Virus record (IMG/VR): IMGVR_UViG_3300036985_009306
Coordinates: 1-64,000 of that record
Direction: 5' to 3' (one strand)
Length of the DNA stretch: 64,000 nt
Source: a virus
This document shows positions 54,601 to 62,007 of this stretch, piece by piece; the stretch's first letter is position 1, and each line of letters opens with the position of its first letter. The notes under the pieces are model-generated. The model did not search any database, had not been told where the DNA came from, and worked only from the letters and a program-made list of their open reading frames with translations. The translations under genes were made by a program, and so were the position numbers.

Positions 54601-55531
54601 AAGTTATGTCACACCTCCTAATTATGGACTTGCTGTTAGTGGAAGAGTGGGAATTGGAACAAATATTCCAGATTCAGAATTAGAAGTTGTAGGTAATATA
54701 CATGCTACTGCGTCAGGTTACCTTCATACTGAAGGTGGAGTTAATTGTGACGGAAATCTAAATGTTTATTCAAGTGCAGGAATTTCTGGAAGTTTACATG
54801 TAGAAGATAATTCATCATTTGACGCTATTTTGGGTGCAGGTTCTTTGGTTGTTTGTGCTCCATCTCCATCACCACAACCTACGCCTACTCAGCTTCTCCA
54901 TGTTTATGGAGGATCTTCTCTAGGAATTGGACTGACATTAGAAAATACTTATGGGGGTAATCCTGGGAAAATTACTATTGAAGCTCTTGGTGGCTTGCAG
55001 ATAATTGATGATAATGCATCTACAACAAGATTGACAATAGATAATTCAGGAAATCTTGGTGTTGGTGCATTAAGTTATGCAGGACCCTTTTCAAATGTGG
55101 GTATAATAAAAGCTAATACTTTAGGTGCACTTTCAACGTCAGGTAGTCCAACGACAGATTTGACTGATTGGAGTGCAAGTTCAAGTCCAGTAGGATTTGA
55201 TTCAGTTAGTATAAAGTCTGTTTGGTATAAGATTGTTGATGGTATGTGTCATCTGTTTTACTATATTTATGGTCCAGGTGATGCTTCAGGACTTTTTAGT
55301 TTTACTTTACCAATCGAATTAAATTCATCAATTGCTGCTGCGATGGGGGGAAGCTATTATCAAACAATACCAGCTGTAGTTGATAATGCTCAACAGTCAA
55401 CACCTGGATTGATGAATGTGGGAACTGGGGTATCACATACTACAGCAAATTTGTATAAAAATTGTGCACTTGGTGGTTGGTCTAGTAATGTGGCAAAAGG
55501 TGCAAATGGATATATTTGTTATCCAGTCTAA
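51629..55531 (+). CDS. long tail fibre protein
   Basis: N-terminal FDASKRY..FQKATPLSD.E (DUF6519/DUF4815-like); about nine G.VGIGT..P...L.V repeats; C-terminal receptor-binding-type tip; adjacent to the sheath. Confidence 0.8.
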   Translation: MSVPFKGSYSIDSFDASKRYRMQFQKATPLSDNELLDIGEVSNSFVQELVAVNFSRGSSPNDGFKVIESSFSNVNNFTIKGGDATVNGAGILFVDGYILFLKSDIEYTAQQLTSSSTSMTIGVGTQSPIVGPGLPLLSGQQIVISTYDKNNTMSGTITSYDTGTGEIVANITSITGAGAYSAWTISSPSLLVLDSYTSTLISGLTTPGSSRTDYVYVDFYFAEVSADTQHVSEYVDPSLIVADVGRITANRIRQVQDIKVAEGVAMPTDDYDSAGIFHRYVKIATISRLAGNNQITSAMIQDERTFVNSNAWFSEYIQLMPDGTVNIGDNTHRITTIYMASSIDYDTDLAFIHSSSEKMRLSIGGNLGIGTTTPGSLLQINGGAAIGFSSSTSAPSNGLTVRGRVGIGTLVPGANLEIAATTLPEVLFTPTSGDSVIDTTTGNLLIKSAGTTQLNVSSTGVTIPGDLTVNGITEVINTHTTTSDKMLISQSTDNVALGVEQTGSGNSAIVMTINNAGSGPALTIIGTGTGSSGRVGIGTISPLSNLHVDGLSTVALTLGWGDGLSSSRSLHGVIETNTGDIIGSMLKVQAWASNSGNTVGTLECAKIDLYKDTQGGNGYNTSIRFHTKTGTGDTLAEQMRITCDGNVGIGTINPGARLELSTPSTSIPTLIISRASGQSSIKSVASEDLILESGGSSHSVKLNYYSTDNVLLCEGGGKVGINASSPGSSLQVGSGGTTERVIISSQRSTHSQLQIGNPASNAEASINFNSGVTAFGDSPTSVNGTTNIWGIGAGAYGVGGNKFGIGNEAFGDSILTIQSNGCVGVGTTGPLQKLHISGTSLFEGNIRSGANSALSSGSPTDPAITVGGYTHAGIYFENSGVGLGSGAGNYLFLNSSGGVGIGIAPAADVNSLYICNRLCVGTSTSSSMGLTVNTSTSDPAGTAAIANFASTLGNFYIFVQSGNVTQMQSSGGMQVISPSINLPGTSIGYFPSYVTPPNYGLAVSGRVGIGTNIPDSELEVVGNIHATASGYLHTEGGVNCDGNLNVYSSAGISGSLHVEDNSSFDAILGAGSLVVCAPSPSPQPTPTQLLHVYGGSSLGIGLTLENTYGGNPGKITIEALGGLQIIDDNASTTRLTIDNSGNLGVGALSYAGPFSNVGIIKANTLGALSTSGSPTTDLTDWSASSSPVGFDSVSIKSVWYKIVDGMCHLFYYIYGPGDASGLFSFTLPIELNSSIAAAMGGSYYQTIPAVVDNAQQSTPGLMNVGTGVSHTTANLYKNCALGGWSSNVAKGANGYICYPV

Positions 55532-55562
55532 CATATTAATTAATAATTAATTAGGAGGTTTT

Positions 55563-55844
55563 ATGTCTGATGAAAAAGAAGTACAAGTAACAGATCAAAA
55601 AGAACAACCAAAAGCTGAACAGATTAATATAGATGTTGGAACAGCTTTTAATCTCAAACTTCAAGAGTTTGACAAGAAAATTGCTGAAGCAGAACATGCT
55701 GTTGCAACTTTGAAAAAAGATAAAGCAGCTTATATTTATGATCAGAATGTACAACAGATAGTTTTTAATCATAAAGAACAGATGCTAAAAAACCAGATAG
55801 AACAAGAAACAAAGAAAAAACTTGCTGAACAACAAGCAAGGTGA
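55563..55844 (+). CDS. small coiled-coil protein (possible fibre chaperone)
   Basis: SD AGGAGG; heptad pattern. Confidence 0.75.
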   Translation: MSDEKEVQVTDQKEQPKAEQINIDVGTAFNLKLQEFDKKIAEAEHAVATLKKDKAAYIYDQNVQQIVFNHKEQMLKNQIEQETKKKLAEQQAR

Positions 55845-56188
55845 ATATGCATATAAAACCCATAGTTAGTTATGTTGCACATAATCTAATTTCATTGATT
55901 CCTCAACTAAATGTTCCAATTGTAAGGAAAAAAGAATCAAAAGATAATTATAGGAATTGGATCAATAAAGTTGAATTGACGGATTATGTTGATGCTCTTT
56001 ATAAACCTCCGGCATCGGATTGCTACATTTATATAAAATGCAAATGTGGTGTTGAGTATGAATATACAAATAAACAAACTGTTCCAGACAAGAATGTTAT
56101 TTGCAAGTGCGGCAGAAAAGTTGTTGAGTATGGAATCTTTGATAATAATGAAAAAATTGATAAGAATAATTTAGCAATGATTTTATAA
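55841..56188 (+). CDS. hypothetical protein with two CKCG motifs
   Basis: CKCGVEY and CKCGRKV. Confidence 0.7.
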   Translation: MNMHIKPIVSYVAHNLISLIPQLNVPIVRKKESKDNYRNWINKVELTDYVDALYKPPASDCYIYIKCKCGVEYEYTNKQTVPDKNVICKCGRKVVEYGIFDNNEKIDKNNLAMIL

Positions 56189-56357
56189 ATAATAGCAACA
56201 GATGATTCTCTGTAATGTTTTCTCTAGATAAAAACAAAAATGACAAAAATAGAAAAGATTAGAAATCAAAAAAGACTATTTTAGACTAAATGAAATCTAG
56301 AATTAATTTATTTGCTAGTTAAAAGAAATTTATTAACATTTTTCATAGGAGTAAAAA

Positions 56358-59087
56358 ATGGGACCCTTCGTTGGATATAGCCCTCCTGCAACATACACGC
56401 AATCATCGTTACAGTCGGGTATAGCAGGAATTCTAGCAAATTTGCGTATTCCTGCACTTATAGGAACTGCTGATGAAATACAGCAAGTCAATGGTTATGA
56501 ACTTTTTAGAGGTTCAAGTGCCACACAAGACAACAAAAAAGTAGGGGAAGATTTATCTGCTCAGGCTGATGGTACGAATAGAATGTTTCAAGTTATAAAT
56601 TACCCTATTGTTGTAGGTGATGGTCTTGGAAGAGTTACAACTAATACTAATGATGTGGAAGTCATTGTCAACAGTGTAAAAGTAATTGTTGCAAAAGTTG
56701 ACGGATTAAATGGAAAAATATATCTTGCATTAGCTCCTCATCTTCATGATGTTGTAACTGTAACTTATTTTTATAAGAAAACAGACACAAGAATTGTTGA
56801 TGAAGATCTCAGTGATCAGATTGATGGAACAACTACAACATTTTTCACTCATCACTTGCCCATTGTTGATGGTACAAATGCAGGAAGACCTACAACAACA
56901 ATTGAAAATATTGTTGTTAAGATAAATGGAGCAATAGTAACTAATGATGTTTCCCATCTTGATGGTCTGAATGGAAACTTCACAATGTCTTCTCCTCCTA
57001 CTATAGGTCAAATTATCAAAGTCACATATTATTTCAATATGTGGGCTAATACTTATGATGATCTTCCTTATCCAGGTGAAACTCAGATGATTAGAGTTGG
57101 TGTTTCTCCTGAGACATCCAATTTCATTGAGAATATTGACTATATAATTATAGGTGATCAAATTAACTGGGGAACTGGTTACAAATTGGTCCCTGTAGTT
57201 CATACTACTGGTAGTGAATTTTTTGAAGACCAGATTGTTGGAACTTTGATTGATGATAGAATCTATAATGAAGATGTTTCAAGTCAATTTGTGACATCCG
57301 GTGTGACTTCATTGTCTGTTTTGCATCTACCTATTGTAGATGGTACTGGAAATGATATTATCACATATGATCCATCACACGTTATAGTAACAATTGGTGG
57401 TCCGTATGTACCGTCAGGAACATATACAGAACTTGATGTAAATAGAGTTGATGGAGAGACAGGAATAGTTTATTTGCAAACTGCTCCTGCAGCTCACAGC
57501 CAGATATTTGTTACATACTGGTATTCAAGAGTTACTGATGACACATATGCATTAGAAGTAGTGGTACCAGGTGTGACAGGAGTTGGAACATATACAATAA
57601 CATCAACTTATACAGGAGCTGAGATAGGAAATGCAACTCCTGATACAGTTTGGAATAGTTCACATTCAGCAGTGACTCCTACTTGGTTGTCGGGCCCTAT
57701 GGTTTCTAGAGGTCATACTATTGATGAAACAGTAACTTTGACTTTTACATCAAGTACTCAGTTTACTGTGACATCAACTGTAGTAGGAGGTTCAAGTGGA
57801 GTAGGTGTTACAGGAACAACCTATATTGATTCAACAACACAACTCATTTTTACTTTAAAACCGGATAGTTATGTTATTGCTAATTCACTTAAGATAGATA
57901 TAGTAGAAAATGCTACATTTTTGACAAGTGTTATACCTATATTAAGTGTAGGAGGAATGCAGTTAACTGTTAATAACACAACAGATATTACTACAGGTGA
58001 CATAACTGATATGATTGTGTTTGATAAGTCGGGTGAACAACCTAATGTTGGTGATAACTATTATGTGTCTTATTTTTATGAAAAGACAGATTATGAATGT
58101 GCTTTTTATAGCAAGTTTACTGACATTACAAACAATTTTGGTAATCTTGGTGCTTCGAATAATCTAGTTTTGGCTTCTTATCTGATGTTCTTGAATGGGG
58201 CACCTGCTCTTATTCTTTGTCAGGCTAAGAAAGCTTCAGGAAGTGAACTTGCACCTGATCAGACATATTTTGATATTTTGACAAGGCTTCAAAATGATGT
58301 TAATGGCATTAATCCTGATGTGATTGTACCTCTTACAACATCACAGGCGGTTATTAATGCAGTTTCAATTCATTGTTCAACCATGTCTTCAAAGAGAAAT
58401 AGAAGAGAGAGAATTGGTTTCTTTGGATATGCAGTTGGAACTGAACCAATGGATGCTGCAAGTTATGCTCAGACTCTTTATAATCAGAGAATGATTGGTC
58501 TTTATCCTGATGGTGCTGTCGTAGAATTAGTAGCATCGGATGGCACGGTGAATGACAATGTGATTGATGGTTCTTTCTTAGCTGCAGCTCTTGCTGGTTT
58601 GAATGTTAATCCAGTATATGATGTGGCTACTCCGATGACTAAAAAGACGCTTATTGGGTTTACTCAACTTGTACGCTCTCTGGATGAATCAACTATGGAC
58701 ATGGTTGCTACAAGAGGTCTGACTCTTATCCAGAATATTCGGTCCTCATTTGTAGTTAGACATGCTTTGACAACAAACATGGATTCTACTCTTACAAGAG
58801 AAGTGATGGTGATTACAATTATAGATTTCATTCAAGAGCAAAGTCGCATCGTCATTGATCCTTTTATTGGTCGTAAGATGACACCTAATATGCCAGGTCA
58901 GATTTCTGCTACTCTTGGCTCAATGTTGGCTTCAGCAAAAGATTCTCAGATTATTACAGATTATAAAGGGATAGCATCTGTAAGAGATCCAAGACAGCCT
59001 GATCTGATTAATGTGACAGCATTCTTTATTCCTATGTTTGGTTTAAATTGGGTTTCAGTTTCATACCAAGTACAAGTAAGTTTTTAA
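56358..59087 (+). CDS. contractile tail sheath protein with three inserted repeat domains
   Basis: N-terminal GYSPPATYTQS; C-terminal sheath core HC..MSS...RRER.G, DGSFLAAALAG, RHALTT...TRE, FIP.FGLNW. Confidence 0.9.
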   Translation: MGPFVGYSPPATYTQSSLQSGIAGILANLRIPALIGTADEIQQVNGYELFRGSSATQDNKKVGEDLSAQADGTNRMFQVINYPIVVGDGLGRVTTNTNDVEVIVNSVKVIVAKVDGLNGKIYLALAPHLHDVVTVTYFYKKTDTRIVDEDLSDQIDGTTTTFFTHHLPIVDGTNAGRPTTTIENIVVKINGAIVTNDVSHLDGLNGNFTMSSPPTIGQIIKVTYYFNMWANTYDDLPYPGETQMIRVGVSPETSNFIENIDYIIIGDQINWGTGYKLVPVVHTTGSEFFEDQIVGTLIDDRIYNEDVSSQFVTSGVTSLSVLHLPIVDGTGNDIITYDPSHVIVTIGGPYVPSGTYTELDVNRVDGETGIVYLQTAPAAHSQIFVTYWYSRVTDDTYALEVVVPGVTGVGTYTITSTYTGAEIGNATPDTVWNSSHSAVTPTWLSGPMVSRGHTIDETVTLTFTSSTQFTVTSTVVGGSSGVGVTGTTYIDSTTQLIFTLKPDSYVIANSLKIDIVENATFLTSVIPILSVGGMQLTVNNTTDITTGDITDMIVFDKSGEQPNVGDNYYVSYFYEKTDYECAFYSKFTDITNNFGNLGASNNLVLASYLMFLNGAPALILCQAKKASGSELAPDQTYFDILTRLQNDVNGINPDVIVPLTTSQAVINAVSIHCSTMSSKRNRRERIGFFGYAVGTEPMDAASYAQTLYNQRMIGLYPDGAVVELVASDGTVNDNVIDGSFLAAALAGLNVNPVYDVATPMTKKTLIGFTQLVRSLDESTMDMVATRGLTLIQNIRSSFVVRHALTTNMDSTLTREVMVITIIDFIQEQSRIVIDPFIGRKMTPNMPGQISATLGSMLASAKDSQIITDYKGIASVRDPRQPDLINVTAFFIPMFGLNWVSVSYQVQVSF

Positions 59088-59100
59088 TTTTTAACAACTT

Positions 59101-59134
59101 AGAGCAAGTGCTCTTATAAAGCACTTGCTCTTTT
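59101..59134 (+). terminator. strong hairpin between the sheath and tube genes
   Basis: agagcaagtgct-N7-agcacttgctct followed by ttt. Confidence 0.6.
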
Positions 59135-59179
59135 GTAAACAAAAAAATATGAAGCAACATTTACAAAGGAGAAAAATCC

Positions 59180-59788
59180 ATGGCTCAGGCATATGTCTAT
59201 CGTGAGGGCGTATCCCCAAATACTCGTCTTCTTAATCCTCAAAGAGTGCGAGTGTTTAGCACTGATGCAGAGGATGGTTATCAGCAAATAGGTCTTATTC
59301 AGACTTGGAATCCGTCTGATACAAGAGCTGTTGAAGCAGTACGTGGAATTGGTTTTGGTGACCAGATTGCAGAACTTGCTGTTGGTGTCACAGATCTTAC
59401 TGCTACAGCAACAGTTATGATGATGTACTTGAGAGATATTCAACAGTTGTTCGGTTACAAAGCAGGTAGTTCAGGATTTGTTCGTTCATTAAAACACCAT
59501 CAGTGGCCGTTTGATGTTTATGAGACAATTCTGATCCCTGATTATATTTCAGGTCAAGCAAAGGGTGGTGCAACTGTTGATAGTGGCAGTATTGTTGTAA
59601 AAACTTGGTACGAAGGTTGCTGGATGTCAGATTTTGCAAAAACATTTGACATTGGTGCTACTTCGGTTACTCAAGATATGACATGTCAGATATCTGATGT
59701 TTATGGTGGAGATAGTAGAACAACAGATACATCAGATTTCTATGCAAGCAATCAGAATTCTATGAGAGGTGCTGGTACTGCTGTATAA
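59180..59788 (+). CDS. tail tube protein
   Basis: Follows the sheath; QIGLIQTWNPSDTR....VRGIGFGD.IAEL, WYEGCWMSD. Confidence 0.85.
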   Translation: MAQAYVYREGVSPNTRLLNPQRVRVFSTDAEDGYQQIGLIQTWNPSDTRAVEAVRGIGFGDQIAELAVGVTDLTATATVMMMYLRDIQQLFGYKAGSSGFVRSLKHHQWPFDVYETILIPDYISGQAKGGATVDSGSIVVKTWYEGCWMSDFAKTFDIGATSVTQDMTCQISDVYGGDSRTTDTSDFYASNQNSMRGAGTAV

Positions 59789-59794
59789 TTTGTG

Positions 59795-59830
59795 AAGGGA
59801 GTAATTAAACTAAGGTTTTACTCCCTTTTT
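59795..59830 (+). terminator. Rho-independent terminator after the tube gene
   Basis: aagggagtaa-N13-ttactccctt followed by ttt. Confidence 0.75.
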
Positions 59831-59932
59831 CTTCAACTGCATTCTACGCAATACTCATTGACTATGCTTGCAGTCATAGGAGAGCGTTGTTAAATCTTAT
59901 TTTCTCATTTTAATTTTTGGAGTTAATGCTAA

Positions 59933-61336
59933 ATGTCTTCTACTAGAGTTGTCAACAAAAATGATTTAGAGATTCTTTCAAGTTTAGTTTTTGACTCATA
60001 TATCTCTAAAGAATTAGAATTTCAGGGATATTATTTTGTGATTAGAACTTTGACTCCAGAAGAAAGAGAAGACATTTCTAGAAAACACAAACATCTCTCA
60101 GAAAAACATAACATTTATTTGGTTTTAGAGATTCTTTCTAACTCAATCATGTTCATAAATGGGTATGAATTCAAAAAAGATCAACATGCATTTTTATTGA
60201 ACAGATTGAATTCAAGATTGATTTTACTTCTTTATAAGTTTTATCAAAAATTAGATGAAGAAACAATAGAATCTTCAAAATTTATTGATTATTATATTGA
60301 AACTAGAGAATCAAGAAATCTATGGACTATTTTTAAGAGATGTAGTAGAATAACAGAGCCTTTTTCTATTAGAAAAATTAATCAATATAGATATTATTGG
60401 ATAGTGATGAATAGTTTTAAAGATTCATTTGAAGAAGAGAAGAAGGCATGGTCTAAAGTAGAGTATATGACTAATTCTATTTGCGCATTTACTAATCCAA
60501 AAGCATTTAGAAAGTCAAGAGGACAAATGGGAATTGTAGATCAATTAGAGAGAAATGAAGATAAATCAAAACAACTTATTGTAGAACAATTAGAAGGTGG
60601 TACAAGTGAAGTTAGAGATAATGACATTTTTTCGACATTAGAAAGATTACCAGGTGAAGAGAGAGATGAACATGAAGCACGTTTGAATATAATGATGGAG
60701 AAAACTTTAAAAGGTGAGTTAGTTGATGATTATGACAGAATAGTTAGACAGGATGAGATTAAGTTGTTTAAGAAGTATTTAAGAGATGAAAGAAAGAAAA
60801 TTTTAGTAAACAGAGAAATATTAAAGCAAAAAGGTGAAGAATTTGATAATTCTGAAGTTTTAACTAACTCAACAAGTAGAAGTAAAAAAATTGAAGAAGA
60901 TAAAAAGAAGGGTTTCTTTTATGAGGATTATAGTTATTTAGAGATTGTAAACATGAAGGATTTTAAAGCAATACCTAAGAAAGAGAAAGAAGTTGCTTTT
61001 GATGAAGTTATGCTTGAGCCAATAGACATTAAGAAAGAGGTAGAGAATTTTTTAAAATGTTTATCGAAACCATCTAGTGTTAATGAGAATGTTCAGGAAC
61101 CTGTTACTATGGTTGATAAAAAAGATGAAACTACGCAATTAGAGTCTGACTCGAGTGGAATTTTGAGGACACCAGCAGAGAGAGCATCTAAAATGAATGT
61201 TGATGTAAAAGGTGTGGATTTGATGAAACAGAGACAGAATAAAGTTGATAGAATTAATAGTACAATGAACCAAAGACGACAAACAATAGAACCTGAAGAG
61301 GGACTTGATGTTATAAAGTTTGGAGATATTAAATAA
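59933..61336 (+). CDS. Tail assembly chaperone-like protein with a long C-terminal extension
   Basis: N-terminal ~110 aa paralogous to 61592 (RTLTPEE...EILSNSIMFING...LLYKFYQKL.EE); lies between tube and TMP. Confidence 0.6.
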   Translation: MSSTRVVNKNDLEILSSLVFDSYISKELEFQGYYFVIRTLTPEEREDISRKHKHLSEKHNIYLVLEILSNSIMFINGYEFKKDQHAFLLNRLNSRLILLLYKFYQKLDEETIESSKFIDYYIETRESRNLWTIFKRCSRITEPFSIRKINQYRYYWIVMNSFKDSFEEEKKAWSKVEYMTNSICAFTNPKAFRKSRGQMGIVDQLERNEDKSKQLIVEQLEGGTSEVRDNDIFSTLERLPGEERDEHEARLNIMMEKTLKGELVDDYDRIVRQDEIKLFKKYLRDERKKILVNREILKQKGEEFDNSEVLTNSTSRSKKIEEDKKKGFFYEDYSYLEIVNMKDFKAIPKKEKEVAFDEVMLEPIDIKKEVENFLKCLSKPSSVNENVQEPVTMVDKKDETTQLESDSSGILRTPAERASKMNVDVKGVDLMKQRQNKVDRINSTMNQRRQTIEPEEGLDVIKFGDIK

Positions 61337-61355
61337 ATATTAAAAAGGAGAGGAT

Positions 61356-61574
61356 ATGGAAGAAGACAAGTTTATTGTGAAAGCAAAGGAATTGAGAGAG
61401 AAGCTTGGAGAGAAGAAAAAACAAGAAACTGAGCAGCAGACAAAGCAAAGAATGAAAAGTGTTTTAAGCAGTAGGGATAAAGCGATGAGACAGATTTGGG
61501 ATTATCAAGATGTTACAGGTATGCCGACACCACAGGAAACTGAGAAAAATTTTTTAGAGAATGAAATGAGTTAA
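61356..61574 (+). CDS. small charged hypothetical protein
   Basis: SD AAGGAG; 72 aa. Confidence 0.7.
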   Translation: MEEDKFIVKAKELREKLGEKKKQETEQQTKQRMKSVLSSRDKAMRQIWDYQDVTGMPTPQETEKNFLENEMS

Positions 61575-61591
61575 AATTAAAGGAGAAAATT

Positions 61592-61996
61592 ATGGATGCA
61601 TTCGAATCATTGACAGAACTTGCTAAATTGGGTAAGATGACTAGAGAAGTTGAGATGGGTGAAATGAAGATTTTGTTGAGCACATTAGATGTTAAAGATG
61701 AGGGTGATGTGTTTATTTCATGTTCAGATTTGACAGGTAATGCATATTTTTATAAATTGAAGTGTGAAACATTGAAATATGCTATTAGGGCTGTAAATGG
61801 ACAGAGATTAGATGGTTATGAGAGTTTAAAAAATGGCGACGAGAGAGATAAGTTAAGAAAAGAGACATTGGAGAAGTTAGAAAAGATTTTGGGCACATGG
61901 GATCAGAATGTTATATCATTTTTGTATAAGAGGTGGGTTGATCTTTCAGAAGAATCTGAAGATCAACTTAAGTCAAAGGGAATAGTTGTTGAATAA
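61592..61996 (+). CDS. tail assembly chaperone-like protein
   Basis: STLDVKDE...ETLKYAIRAVNG...FLYKRWVDLSEE; immediately before the TMP. Confidence 0.6.
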   Translation: MDAFESLTELAKLGKMTREVEMGEMKILLSTLDVKDEGDVFISCSDLTGNAYFYKLKCETLKYAIRAVNGQRLDGYESLKNGDERDKLRKETLEKLEKILGTWDQNVISFLYKRWVDLSEESEDQLKSKGIVVE

Positions 61997-62007
61997 TTGA
62001 GGTAAAC

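Noticed and set aside
59831-59900. Possible structured RNA between the tube terminator and the chaperone gene
   Set aside because: The pairings are short and bulged (tgact/agtca; caac..gc/gcgttg), too weak to support without covariation data.
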